Notes: a model not told the origin generated them from the letters alone. Shown: positions 46,603-56,366, counted from the stretch's first letter. The stretch: DNA of 64,000 nt from an uncultured Gemmatimonadales bacterium (GCA_963707875.1 CAVPRU010000014.1:375766-439765), one strand, 5' to 3'. A program made the numbers and translations.

Positions 46603-47714
46603 CCGTCGATCTCCTTCCGGAAGGTCCGGGTCGCCATCCCGAGGGTGATCAGGGTGAAGGCCAGGAGGCCCAGGGCCTGGGGCCAGAGGATTCCGAGCCC
46701 GATGCCCTTCAGGAAGATCCCCCGGGTGATCACGATGAAGAACCGGGCCGGGATGAGCACACTGACAACCTGAAGCACGAGGGGCATGCTGGCGATGGAG
46801 AAGATGAAGCCCGAGAGCAGGAGGGTCGGCAGGTAGGTTGTCATGATCGCCACCTGGGTGGCCAGCATCTGGGACTTGAGGGCCGCCGAGAGGAGCAGAC
46901 CGAAACTCAGCATCCCGATCAGGAAGAGCAGCGACATGGCGGCCAGCAGGAAGACGCTCCCCCGGAGCGGCACGTCGAAGACCAGCAGCCCCACCACCAC
47001 GGCCATCGTGACGTCAACGACGCCGATCCCGATGTAGGGCAGCAGCTTGCCCCCCACGACTTCCAGGCGATGGACCGGGGTGGCCGCCAGCTGCTCCATG
47101 GTGCCACGCTCCCACTCCCGGGCAATGGCCAGCGCAGTCAGCATCGCCGCGATGATGGCCATGATCACCGCCACCAGCCCGGGCACGATCATCCGGGCGC
47201 TCTCCAGGGCCTCGTTGTACCAGACCCGGCCCTCGAACCCCAGTGGCGAGGTGGTGGCCCTGGATGCCAGAATCCGGCGATTGACCCCAGCCGTGATGGC
47301 GTCGGCGTAGTTGATGGCAATCGTCGCGGTGTTGGCATCTCCGCCGTCCACCAGCAGCTGCACCGCGGCCGGGCGGCCGGACGCCAGGTCCGAGGCATGG
47401 CCGGGCGGAATCACCACCACCAGGCGAACCTTGCCGCGGGCCAGGAGATGACCAGCCTCACCTGGGCTCTCCACCCGGGCCCGGAGGCTGAAGTACCCCG
47501 AGGCCTGAAAGGCCTCAACCAGTTCCCGGCTCGCGGGGGTCCGGTCTCGATCCAGCACCCCGAACGGAATATCCCGCACGTCGAGAGAGATGGCGCTCCC
47601 GAACACCAGCACCAGGAGGAACGGCAGCACGAACGCGAGCAGCAGGCTCCGCGGGTCCCGGCGCAGCTGGAGGGCCTCCTTGCGGGCGATCGCCCAGAGC
47701 CGCCGGAAACTCAT
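46599..47714 (-). CDS. ABC-2 type transporter permease (YbhS/YbhR-like)
   Basis: A paralogue of the adjacent permease (FRRLWAIARKEALQLRRDPRSLLLAFVLPFLLVLVFG). It shares 4-nt overlaps with both neighbours. Confidence 0.85.
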   Translation of the reverse strand: MSFRRLWAIARKEALQLRRDPRSLLLAFVLPFLLVLVFGSAISLDVRDIPFGVLDRDRTPASRELVEAFQASGYFSLRARVESPGEAGHLLARGKVRLVVVIPPGHASDLASGRPAAVQLLVDGGDANTATIAINYADAITAGVNRRILASRATTSPLGFEGRVWYNEALESARMIVPGLVAVIMAIIAAMLTALAIAREWERGTMEQLAATPVHRLEVVGGKLLPYIGIGVVDVTMAVVVGLLVFDVPLRGSVFLLAAMSLLFLIGMLSFGLLLSAALKSQMLATQVAIMTTYLPTLLLSGFIFSIASMPLVLQVVSVLIPARFFIVITRGIFLKGIGLGILWPQALGLLAFTLITLGMATRTFRKEIDG

Positions 47715-48646
47715 GGGTCGCCGGTCTCCCCCTCCCGGACCAGGCCGACGAACACATCTTCCAGCGACGGCTCGATCTCCTCGATGGTCGACCAGCCCAG
47801 CCCCGCTCCGGTCAGTCGTGCCACGACCGCCGCCCGACCCCGCGAGATGTCAGACACGACGGCGTGGACCGACCGGCCGAACATGGTGACTGCTCCCACC
47901 CCTTCGGCACCGGTGAGGGCTTTGACCACCTGGGGAGGTTGGTCGGTGACCACCGCCAACAGCGGCTGGCGCATCCGGGCGCGGAGCCCGGCCGCGGTGT
48001 CGAGCGCGACCAGTTTTCCGCGATGCATCAGGATCAGTCGATCGCAGTACTCCGCTTCTTCCATGTAGTGGGTGCTCACCAGCACCGTGGTGCCGTGGGC
48101 GGCCAGCTGGTAGATCAGGTCCCAGAAGGCACGCCGGGAGAGGGGGTCCACGCCTGAGGTGGGCTCGTCGAGAAACAGCACGGCCGGCTGGTGCAGCAGC
48201 GCACAGCCGAGCGCCAGCCGCTGTTTCAGACCGAGCGGCAGGGTCCCCGTCAGTTGGCCGGCCACGGCGGCCAGGTCCGCGCTCTCGATGACCCAGTCCC
48301 GCCGGGCCCCGAACTGGCCACGAGGGACCTGGTACAATCCACCGAAGAACTCGAGGTTTTCCACCACCGTCAGGTCGCCGTACAGCGAAAAGAGCTGGGA
48401 CATGTATCCAATTCGTCGGCGCACGCCGAAGGGATCCCGGGCGACGTCGAGTCCCGCCACCTGGGCGGTGCCACCGGTTGGCGGCAGCAGACCGGTCAGC
48501 ATCCGGATCGCGGTGGTCTTGCCGGCGCCGTTCGGGCCCAGGAATCCGAAGACCTCCCCAGTGGCGACCGAGAAACTCAGATCGTCGACGGCAACGAAGT
48601 CGCCAAACACCTTCCGGAGCCGGTCGGCCACCACCGCATCAGCCAC
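47711..48646 (-). CDS. ABC transporter ATP-binding protein
   Basis: Walker A GPNGAGKTT, signature LPLGLKQRLAL, and Walker B LFLDEPTSGVD. Confidence 0.92.
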   Translation of the reverse strand: MADAVVADRLRKVFGDFVAVDDLSFSVATGEVFGFLGPNGAGKTTAIRMLTGLLPPTGGTAQVAGLDVARDPFGVRRRIGYMSQLFSLYGDLTVVENLEFFGGLYQVPRGQFGARRDWVIESADLAAVAGQLTGTLPLGLKQRLALGCALLHQPAVLFLDEPTSGVDPLSRRAFWDLIYQLAAHGTTVLVSTHYMEEAEYCDRLILMHRGKLVALDTAAGLRARMRQPLLAVVTDQPPQVVKALTGAEGVGAVTMFGRSVHAVVSDISRGRAAVVARLTGAGLGWSTIEEIEPSLEDVFVGLVREGETGDP

Positions 48647-49574
48647 TGGCGGTTCCGGTCATCAGGGTCACGAAGACATCCTCCAGGGAGGGGGACACCG
48701 GACGGATCGCGCGGGCGCCGGAGCCGGTCGAGCCGACGAGCGCTGCCACCGCCTCGGCCCCCGACGGCTCGGTCGTCACGTGGAGGACCCTGCCATATCG
48801 GGCAACCGTCGTGACGCCGGGGGTGGCCCCAAGCACTCGCCTGAGGACAACCAGGTCGGGGCCCTCGACCGCAAAGACCCGACCGGCGAGTTGCCGCTGG
48901 AGCGCGGCCGGAGTGTCGAGTCCCAGTCGCCGTCCCTCATGCAGGAGCAGCACCCGATCACACCGCTCCGCCTCGTCCAGATAGGAGGTGCTGGCGATCA
49001 CGGTCGTCCCGGCGGCCACCATGTCGTGAATGATGAGCCAGAGGTCCCGACGGGAGATCGGGTCGACCCCGAAGGTCGGTTCATCAAGCAGCAGCAACCG
49101 CGGCTGGTGGATGAGGGCGCAGGAGAGCGAGAGCTTCTGCCTCATCCCGCCTGAAAGCGCGCCGGCCAGCCGGCCCTGGAAGGGGCCCAGCCCGCTGAAG
49201 GCGTACAGTCGCTCCAGCCGGGCCGGCCGGTCTGCCACCGGTACGCCATACAGATCAGCGTAGAACCGGATGTTCTCCGCCACGGTCAGATCGGCATAGA
49301 GGCCAAACCGCTGGCTCATGTAGGCCTGCGTCGCCTTGACCCCCTCGGGATCCCGTGCCACGCTGATGCCGAACACCCGCGCGTCCCCGGCGCTGGGTCG
49401 GAGCACTCCGGCCAGCACCCGTAGCAGGGTGGTCTTCCCCGCCCCATCCGGCCCTACCACCCCGAACAGCTCCCCTTCGCGGACCTCGAAGCCGAGTCCC
49501 CCGATAGCGGCTACCGTTCCGAACCGTCGGACCAGGCCCTCGACCCCCACGGCCACAGCCACAGCTGCACTCAT
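48639..49574 (-). CDS. ABC transporter ATP-binding protein
   Basis: Walker A GPDGAGKTT, signature LSGGMRQKLSL, and Walker B LLLDEPTFGVD. Confidence 0.92.
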   Translation of the reverse strand: MSAAVAVAVGVEGLVRRFGTVAAIGGLGFEVREGELFGVVGPDGAGKTTLLRVLAGVLRPSAGDARVFGISVARDPEGVKATQAYMSQRFGLYADLTVAENIRFYADLYGVPVADRPARLERLYAFSGLGPFQGRLAGALSGGMRQKLSLSCALIHQPRLLLLDEPTFGVDPISRRDLWLIIHDMVAAGTTVIASTSYLDEAERCDRVLLLHEGRRLGLDTPAALQRQLAGRVFAVEGPDLVVLRRVLGATPGVTTVARYGRVLHVTTEPSGAEAVAALVGSTGSGARAIRPVSPSLEDVFVTLMTGTASG

Positions 49575-50533
49575 CGGGGCGGCAGCACCACATCGGCAGA
49601 GAGACCCGGCTTGAGATCCCCGGCGCTGTCTCCCTCGATCTGGATCTTGATCCGATGGACCAGCTTGACCCGCTCTTCGCGGGTCTGGACATTGCGCGGG
49701 GTGAATTCCGCCTCGGCGGCGATGAAGACCACTCGCCCCTGATACTCCCGGCCGGGAAACCCGTCGATCGCGATTCGGGCGGTCTGGCCGATCCCGATCT
49801 GCCCCACCACGTCCTCACGGAGATAGACCCGGACCCAACGGTCACCGGGATTGCGCAGGGAGAGCACCGGCAGCCCCGCCCCGATCACCTCGCCTGGCTC
49901 CCGATGACGGCGACTGACGACGCCGCTGAACGGCGCCTCGATCTCGGCTGAGTGCAGGGCGGCCTGGACCTGCGCCACGCCGGCCACCGCCTGGGCCAGG
50001 GCCGCCCGCTGGGCCGCGATCTGTTCCTGCCGCGGGCCCGACTCCAGCAGTCGGAGCTGTTCGGTGACCCGCTCTCGCTCCCCCAGCATCGCACCCCGGA
50101 GGCTCACGGCGCGATCGAGCGATTCCTGACTCAGCGCGCCGCCAGCATACAGGGTCCGGGCCCTGGTCAAGTCCCGCTCGGCATCGGCCAGGCGGTGCTC
50201 CGCGACCGTGGCCACCGCGCGCGCCTGGGCGATCTCCTCGCTTCGGAATCCCGCCTGGAGTTCGGTCAGCCGCGAGGCCTGTGCCTGGGACTGGGCGGTC
50301 GCCGCCGCCAATCGGGCAAGGAGTTCGGCCCGGTCCAGCACGGCGAGGCGCTGGCCAGCGGTCACCTGGTCGCCTTCGCGGACCAGGATGGAATCGATGC
50401 GCCCGGGCAATTGAAATCCGAGGTCCGCCTCCGTGGCCTCTACGGTGCCGGTCGCCTCAATCGGCTGGGCGAGGTCCCCGCCACAGGCCAGCGCGCCAGC
50501 CATCACCAGGAGCCATGCACGTGATCCAGGCAT
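49571..50533 (-). CDS. HlyD/YbhG-like membrane fusion (periplasmic adaptor) lipoprotein
   Basis: Lipobox LVMAGALAC|GG, a barrel-sandwich hybrid domain (G.V..I.V.EGD.V.AGQ.LA.LD), a long coiled coil, and a C-terminal beta-barrel. Confidence 0.88.
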   Translation of the reverse strand: MPGSRAWLLVMAGALACGGDLAQPIEATGTVEATEADLGFQLPGRIDSILVREGDQVTAGQRLAVLDRAELLARLAAATAQSQAQASRLTELQAGFRSEEIAQARAVATVAEHRLADAERDLTRARTLYAGGALSQESLDRAVSLRGAMLGERERVTEQLRLLESGPRQEQIAAQRAALAQAVAGVAQVQAALHSAEIEAPFSGVVSRRHREPGEVIGAGLPVLSLRNPGDRWVRVYLREDVVGQIGIGQTARIAIDGFPGREYQGRVVFIAAEAEFTPRNVQTREERVKLVHRIKIQIEGDSAGDLKPGLSADVVLPPR

Positions 50534-50535
50534 AC

Positions 50536-51879
50536 TCAGCGTCCTCCCTCCACAATGGTGTGGAGTGATTCGGGGGTCAGTCGGCCCATGATCTGGGCAA
50601 GTTCCACGTGGGCCATCGCCTCGAGGCCTTCGGCTTCGCTCACCTCGGCCCGGGCCCGGGCCAGCTCAGCCACGGCCCGGAGGTAATCCGATTGGAGCCC
50701 GGCCCCTTCCCGGAGCGAAAGCGCCTCGGTGCGGACCACTTCAGCCAACTGGTCACGAGCCAGCTTGAGCGCGGCCAGTCGATGCCTCGACTCGGCAATT
50801 CTCACCAGCAGTCGATCCACCTGTTCCGTGATGGCGAGGGCCACGTCCGCCTGCTGCGCTTCGGCCTCGCGCTCGGATGCCCGCGCCCGGGCCACCCCGG
50901 CCGACCGCCCGCCCCCGGTGAAGATCGGATAGGACACCCGGACCCCCGCCTGCCACTCCGCGCTGAACCGGGCCTCCGCAGCCCCGTAGGCCACGGTTCG
51001 TCCCTCCAGCTGCACGGTGGGAAGCCACAGGGCCGCGGCGCCCTGACGGAGGGCACCGGCCGCCTCGGTGCGAGCCGAGGCTTCCCGGAGTTGAGGACTC
51101 GCGCTCAGAGCCCCGGCAAGGGCGGAGTCCCGATCCACCGGATCGTGCGCCCGCAGGATGACCGGATTGAGCAGCGGGGTTCGGACCGATTCGAGCGGCA
51201 GCGCCGTCAAGCGGGCGAGGTCGGCTTCGGCCAGATGCAAATGACCCGCCGCGGACACGCTGTCTGCCCGGGCCGAGGCCAGCGCGGCGTCGGCCCGGAG
51301 AAGATCCACCGGGGCCGCCCGGCCCTGTTCCAGAAACCGGCGGACCCGATCGGCCTCCGACCCGAGCGCCCGGACTCGCTCCTCCTGGGCCCGGCTCACC
51401 GTCAGCGCATGCAGGGCCCCGAGATAGGCGCGCACGGTCCCCGCCACCACGGCCTGCCCGGTGCCGTCAGCCCGAGCGAGCGCCGCGTCCTCAAGCGCCT
51501 CGGCCTCGGCCACCCGCCCACGGCGGGCACCACCATCAAACAGGAGGTAACCCAACACGAGCTGGCCCTGCATCAGGGTGCGATCGAAATCGGGCAAGTT
51601 CCCCAGATCGAAGCTGTGAAACGGTCTGACGATCGTCGGCTCCTGGTGACGCACCATCGCCCCGTCGGCACTCAGCCGGGGCCACCACTGCGCCTGGGCC
51701 TCTCGCCGGCCGCTGGAAACCCGCGAAAGCGCCGCGGCCGCGGCGGCCTGTCGAGGGCTCGTCGCAACGGCTTGTCGCACCGCGATGGCCAGCGAGAGTC
51801 GCTGCTGTCCCGCCGCCGGCGCGGGGGACAGCAGCCCGATCACGGAGCCGGTCAAGACCAGCCGGAGAGCGATATTCAT
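50536..51879 (-). CDS. TolC family outer-membrane efflux protein
   Basis: A signal peptide plus two OEP repeats with the typical L..A...AL..NP....A pattern and long helical hairpins. Confidence 0.85.
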   Translation of the reverse strand: MNIALRLVLTGSVIGLLSPAPAAGQQRLSLAIAVRQAVATSPRQAAAAAALSRVSSGRREAQAQWWPRLSADGAMVRHQEPTIVRPFHSFDLGNLPDFDRTLMQGQLVLGYLLFDGGARRGRVAEAEALEDAALARADGTGQAVVAGTVRAYLGALHALTVSRAQEERVRALGSEADRVRRFLEQGRAAPVDLLRADAALASARADSVSAAGHLHLAEADLARLTALPLESVRTPLLNPVILRAHDPVDRDSALAGALSASPQLREASARTEAAGALRQGAAALWLPTVQLEGRTVAYGAAEARFSAEWQAGVRVSYPIFTGGGRSAGVARARASEREAEAQQADVALAITEQVDRLLVRIAESRHRLAALKLARDQLAEVVRTEALSLREGAGLQSDYLRAVAELARARAEVSEAEGLEAMAHVELAQIMGRLTPESLHTIVEGGR

Positions 51880-52502
51880 GTGGCAGCAGCCTCCTGCGGA
51901 GCCTGAAGCCCCGCACGGATGAAGTCGAGGGCATTGCTCAGCGCGAGGTCCCGAGTGGCCTCATCATCGAGATCGATCCCCGGGCCGGCGCGGAGGATGG
52001 GACGGAACACGTTCAGCAACACGGGTTGGGCCATGACGGCGATCGTCAGCAACCGTGGATCCCCCGGCCGGATGATGCCGTGGGCCTGACCCTCCGCAAT
52101 GAGGCCGGCAACCAGGCGGGCGACCCGGGGCAGGAACTGCACCGCCGATGGGGGAAGGTTCCGCTCGAACAACAGCGCCTGCATCATCAGGCTCCGCTGG
52201 TCCGGGTGGTCGGACAGGTGACGGAAGTGGGCCGCCGCCAGGGCCAGAATCCGGTCGAGCGCATCGCCCTCGGTCGCCTGAACTGCTGCCGTGAGCCGGG
52301 CCAGCAGCCCCTCCTGGACCCCGAGGAGGGTCTGCTCATAGAGGGCGGCCTTCGAGCCGAAATGGTAGCTGATGGCACCGAGGTTGGTCTGGGCGGCCGC
52401 GGTGATGTCCCGCACCGAGGTTCCCCGATACCCGGCGGCGGCGAACAGCCGGGTAGCGGTGCTGATGAGCCTGGCCTTGGTAGCTACGAGAGAATCATTC
52501 AT
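51876..52502 (-). CDS. TetR/AcrR family transcriptional regulator
   Basis: N-terminal HTH: TKARLISTATRLFAAAGYRGTSVRDITAAAQTNLGAISYHFGSKAALY. The stop overlaps the TolC start. Confidence 0.9.
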   Translation of the reverse strand: MNDSLVATKARLISTATRLFAAAGYRGTSVRDITAAAQTNLGAISYHFGSKAALYEQTLLGVQEGLLARLTAAVQATEGDALDRILALAAAHFRHLSDHPDQRSLMMQALLFERNLPPSAVQFLPRVARLVAGLIAEGQAHGIIRPGDPRLLTIAVMAQPVLLNVFRPILRAGPGIDLDDEATRDLALSNALDFIRAGLQAPQEAAAT

Positions 52503-52514
52503 ACGTTTGTATGA
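52499..52514. promoter_or_regulatory. perfect 6-4-6 palindrome TCATACgtttGTATGA overlapping the tetR start codon (candidate TetR operator)
   Basis: Read directly from the sequence. It sits in the only AT-rich patch of the 95-bp divergent intergenic region and is adjacent to TATGAT, a -10-like hexamer for the plus strand. Confidence 0.45.
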
Positions 52515-52597
52515 TATGAGTTTCCTTCCATCCCCGCAAGGGGTTACCCTATGGGGGCTGCCCGACCCGGCAGAGCCCTTCGGATCAGGAGGCAGAA

Positions 52598-53278
52598 ATG
52601 CGGTTGTTGGTCGTCGAGGACGACGTCGGAGCCTGCCGCTTCCTTCGCCAGGGACTCGCCGAGGAAGGTCACGACGTCGCAGTGGCCCCGAACGGGGAGG
52701 CCGGCCTCAAGCTGGGGCTGGAACGGGAGTTCGATGTGATCCTGCTCGACATCATGCTTCCCAAGCTGGACGGGCTCGCGGTGGCGCGCCGGCTGCGTGA
52801 GGAGGGCGTCGATACCCCGATCCTCATGCTGACCGCCCGGGATTCCACCGGCGACGCCGTCCGGGGCCTGGACGCCGGCGGTGACGACTATCTCACCAAG
52901 CCGTTCGATTTCGAGGAACTGCTGGCGCGAGTCCGAGCCCTCGCGCGCCGGGGCACCGGGGCTGGACTGCCGGACCTGCTCCGGGTGGGGGACCTGGAGC
53001 TGAACCGGATTCGCCGCACGGTATTCCGGAAGGGCCGTCGGATTCACCTGGCCCCTCGCGAGTTCCGGCTGCTCGAGCATTTCATGCTCCACGTCGATCA
53101 GCCGCAGACGCGCGAGACCCTGCTCTCCCGGGTCTGGGACATGGATAGCGATCCCGGAACCAACGTGGTGGATGCCAACGTCTCCACCCTGCGCCGGAAA
53201 CTCGAGGACTTCGGGACCAGGCGCCTGATCGTGACGGTCCGGGGAGTCGGCTACGCCATCACCGCCGACGAGGCTTGA
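52598..53278 (+). CDS. OmpR/PhoB-family response regulator (CusR/CopR-like)
   Basis: MRLLVVEDD...DVILLDIMLPKLDG (receiver Asp), ...TARD...DDYLTKPF, and a winged-helix C-terminus (LT.REF.LLE.....VGY). A strong AGGAGG RBS lies 5 nt upstream. Confidence 0.92.
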   Translation: MRLLVVEDDVGACRFLRQGLAEEGHDVAVAPNGEAGLKLGLEREFDVILLDIMLPKLDGLAVARRLREEGVDTPILMLTARDSTGDAVRGLDAGGDDYLTKPFDFEELLARVRALARRGTGAGLPDLLRVGDLELNRIRRTVFRKGRRIHLAPREFRLLEHFMLHVDQPQTRETLLSRVWDMDSDPGTNVVDANVSTLRRKLEDFGTRRLIVTVRGVGYAITADEA

Positions 53279-53281
53279 CCG

Positions 53282-54740
53282 ATGCGGTCGTTCCGGGGCC
53301 AGCTGGCACGACGGACGGCGATTGCCGCCGGCGGACTCGTGGCCGCGATGGCGATCATCAGCTACCTGGTTCTCGCCAGGCTGCTTCGCAACGACCTCGA
53401 TGGAACGCTTCGCCAGATCGCCGAGTACGAGGCGGCCGCAGCCGCCTCGACCGACGAGCAGGAGTTCCACTTCCATGAGGCCGTGCTGCTGGGGCTCCAG
53501 GATGCCGAGCTTCCCGAACTGACCCGATTCGCCCAGCTGCTTGACCTGACCGGCCACTCACTGGTCAGAAGCCGGAGCCTGGCAAGTCCGGTCAATCCCC
53601 CCCGGGAGGCGGTCGAGCGGGTGGCCGGCCAGGGTCGCCCGGCCTTCATTTCGCACTTGTCCGGCCGGGTCCATCTGCGGAGTCTGATCTTCCCGATTCG
53701 GCTCTCCGGTCCGGAACAGTCGTATCTCCTGCATGTGGCCGCACCCACCCAACCGCTCCGCGACACCTTGTTTGCCTTCACCATGGTGCTGGCCTCCCTC
53801 ACTCTGGTGGGAACAGGCCTCGGCTTCTGGCTTGGATGGCAGGGTGCTGAGGTCGCGCTGCGGCCGGTCAACGAGATCACCGGCCAGGCGGCCGCCCTCG
53901 GGCCGGCCTCTCTTGCGGCCCGGATCACCGCCCAGAACGATGTCACCGAATTCAAGCAGCTGGTCGGGGTGCTGAACGACATGCTCGATCGGCTGGAACG
54001 CACCCTCGAGGGCCAGAAGCGGTTTACCGCTGACGCCAGCCACGAACTGCGCGGCCCCCTCAACGTACTTCGGGGGGAAATCGATGTGGCACTCCTGCGG
54101 AACCGTTCCGGCGAAGAGTACCGGGAGTTCCTGGCACGCTGTCACGCCGAAGTCATTCGGCTGACCCGGCTCGCCCAGGACCTGCTCCTGCTGGCCAGGG
54201 CAGACGGCGGGGCCCTCGAGCCTTCGGCTGGAGCCGATCGATCTGGCCGAGCTGGTGACCCTGGTGGTAGAGCGCCACCGCCTGATGGCCACCGAGCGCG
54301 GGGTGACACTGGCCCTCAGCGTGCACCCCGTTCCTGTCGAAGCCGACCGCGACCTGCTGGAGCGGGCTTGCGCCAACCTGGTCCACAACGCGGTGATCCA
54401 CTCACCCAGGGGGAGCACCGTGGAGGTGACCGTCCCGGGCGGGAACGGAGCCGAACTGACAGTCAGGGACAGTGGGCCCGGAATCCCCGAAGCGGCCGTC
54501 CCGATGCTGTTCGAGCGGTTCTTCCAGGCCGACCCTTCCCGGCCCCGGAAAGCCGGCACCGGGCTCGGCCTCGCGATCGCCCGGGCCGCTGTCGAAGCAC
54601 ACGGCGGGACCCTCGACTTCGAGGGCAACGCGCCGGGTGCGGTCTTCCGGGTCCGACTGCCCCCCGCGACCCCGGGTCCCAACCTCCTTCCCTGGAAGGG
54701 TCCACTGCCCTTGGTTGTCCCATCCCGAGCCGCTGAGTAG
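53282..54740 (+). pseudogene. sensor histidine kinase (HAMP-HisKA-HATPase_c), with a 1-nt frameshift near 54221
   Basis: Two TM segments, HAMP, and the H-box FTADASHELRGPL run in the frame of ORF 53282 up to ..LLLLARADGGALE. The continuation LRLEPIDLAELVTLVVERH...N-box NLVHNAVIHSP...DSGPGIP...GTGLGLAI is in the frame of ORF 54255..54740. Removing one C at GAGCCTT (54218-54224) joins them. Confidence 0.85.
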
Positions 54741-54753
54741 GTTTCCGCCCCGA

Positions 54754-54844
54754 GGAGCGGTGGCCGAGAGGCTGAAGGCGGCGGTTTGCTAAACCGTTAT
54801 AGGGGCTAATACCCCTATCGAGGGTTCGAATCCCTCCCGCTCCG
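54754..54844 (+). tRNA. tRNA-Ser (anticodon GCT)
   Basis: GGAGCGGTGGCCGAGAGGCTGAAGGCGGCGGTTTGCTAAACCGTTATAGGGGCTAATACCCCTATCGAGGGTTCGAATCCCTCCCGCTCCG. It has anticodon loop TTGCTAA, a long variable arm, and a perfect 7-bp acceptor stem. Confidence 0.92.
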
Positions 54845-54850
54845 TTTGAT

Positions 54851-54907
54851 GGAGGACTGGCACCGGCCCGCCGGCAGCGCCCGGCAAGATCTCGGCGCCA
54901 GTCCTCC
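54851..54907 (+). promoter_or_regulatory. 57-nt extended stem-loop between tRNA-Ser and gltX
   Basis: GGAGGACTGGC (54851-54861) is the perfect reverse complement of GCCAGTCCTCC (54897-54907). A nested GCCGG-cagcgc-CCGGC hairpin lies inside. The arms carry SD-like GGAGG and anti-SD-like CCTCC. Confidence 0.35.
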
Positions 54908-54935
54908 AGTGCTTCCCCCAACCAGGCAGCGCTCG

Positions 54936-56360
54936 GTGACCGTTCGCGTCCGCTTCGCCCCTTCCCCGACCGGCTACCTCCACGTGGGAGGAGCCCGGAC
55001 CGCCCTGTTCAACTGGCTGTTTGCCAGGGCCTCCGGGGGCACCTTGATCCTCCGGATCGAAGACACCGACAAGGCCAGGAGCACCGAGGAGCACACCCAG
55101 GTCATCCTGGACGGGCTCCAATGGCTGGGGATTCCCTGGGATGAAGGTCCGTTCTTTCAGGGGGCCTATGCCGATCGGCACCGGGGCGATGTCGACCGGA
55201 TGCTCGCCTCCGGACACGCCTACCGGTGTTTCTGCACCCCTGAACTGATCGAACAGCAGCGCAAGACCGCCATCGCCCACGGTGCCGCATTCCAATACGA
55301 TCGGCGCTGTCGATCCCTGCCGGCGGAGGAGGTCGAGCGGCGGCTGGCGGCCGGAGAGCGATTCACCGTCCGCTGCGCGGTGCCCGACGGCGAGGTTGCC
55401 TGGGACGATGCGGTCCATGGCACCATCTCCTTCCAGGGCAGAGATCTCGACGATTTCATCGTGCTGCGCACCGACGGGTCAGCGATCTACAATCTGGCCG
55501 TCGTGTCCGACGACGTGGCCATGGGGATCACCCATGTGATCCGGGGAGATGATCACATCTCCAATACCCCGAAGCAGATCCTCATCTACCGTGCCCTGGG
55601 CGAGGCCCAGCCGATCTTCGGCCATGTTCCGATGATCCTCGGCAGCGACGGGAAGAAGCTCTCCAAGCGTCACGGGGCCACCGCGGTGGGCGACTACCAG
55701 CATCAGGGCATCCTCCCGAGTGCCATGCGGAACTTCCTGGCCCTGCTGGGGTGGTCTCCAGGGGACGATCTGGAGATCCTGCCGGAAGAGGAGATGATCC
55801 GGCGGTTCACCCTGGGCGCCATTCAGAGGAAGCCGGCGGTCTTCGATACCGCGAAACTGGAGTGGATGAACGGGCAGTACCTGTCGGCCCTGCCGGCGGA
55901 TCAGCTGGAGGCCCCGGTCCGGACCGCCCTCGAGGCAATGGGGATCGCACCGGGCGCCGGAATCCTTGGCGCCCTGATCGACGCCGTGAAGGAACGGTCC
56001 CGGACGGTGACCCAGCTGGCGGAGCAGGTGGCCGTCCGGATCGATGCTTCCCGGATGGTTCCGGACCCGAAGGCCGAGGCGCTCCGACTGAAGCTGGGCG
56101 ATCGTTTCGGCGCCAACCTGTCCCTCGCCGTCGAGGAGCTCGCGACCATGGCCGAACCGGACTGGCATCCGGAGCGCTTGATCGAAGCCCTGAAGGCGCG
56201 GGCCGAGCGGGAGGGGATCAAGCTGGGCGATCTGCTGCAGCCGATCAGGGTGGCCCTGACGGGGACGACCGTTTCGGAGCCGGTGAATGACCTGCTGGTC
56301 GTGGTCGGGCGCGCCGAATCGCTGGATCGGTTGCGGAAGGCGGCGGGGACCGCGAGCTAG
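54936..56360 (+). CDS. gltX: glutamate--tRNA ligase
   Basis: VRVRFAPSPTGYLHVGGARTALFNWLFA (HIGH region) and KLSKRHGA (KMSKS). I chose GTG 54936; the ORF-track ATG at 54846 would abut the tRNA and add a non-conserved 30-aa extension. Confidence 0.93.
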   Translation: MTVRVRFAPSPTGYLHVGGARTALFNWLFARASGGTLILRIEDTDKARSTEEHTQVILDGLQWLGIPWDEGPFFQGAYADRHRGDVDRMLASGHAYRCFCTPELIEQQRKTAIAHGAAFQYDRRCRSLPAEEVERRLAAGERFTVRCAVPDGEVAWDDAVHGTISFQGRDLDDFIVLRTDGSAIYNLAVVSDDVAMGITHVIRGDDHISNTPKQILIYRALGEAQPIFGHVPMILGSDGKKLSKRHGATAVGDYQHQGILPSAMRNFLALLGWSPGDDLEILPEEEMIRRFTLGAIQRKPAVFDTAKLEWMNGQYLSALPADQLEAPVRTALEAMGIAPGAGILGALIDAVKERSRTVTQLAEQVAVRIDASRMVPDPKAEALRLKLGDRFGANLSLAVEELATMAEPDWHPERLIEALKARAEREGIKLGDLLQPIRVALTGTTVSEPVNDLLVVVGRAESLDRLRKAAGTAS

Positions 56361-56366
56361 CGGCGC

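Noticed and set aside
26005-56360. Apparent clustering of translation-related genes (thrS, valS, gltX, selA, rtcB/archease, three tRNAs), considered as a functional island.
   Set aside because: The genes are scattered over 30 kb on both strands among unrelated operons. This is most simply chance co-location in a housekeeping-rich chromosomal region.
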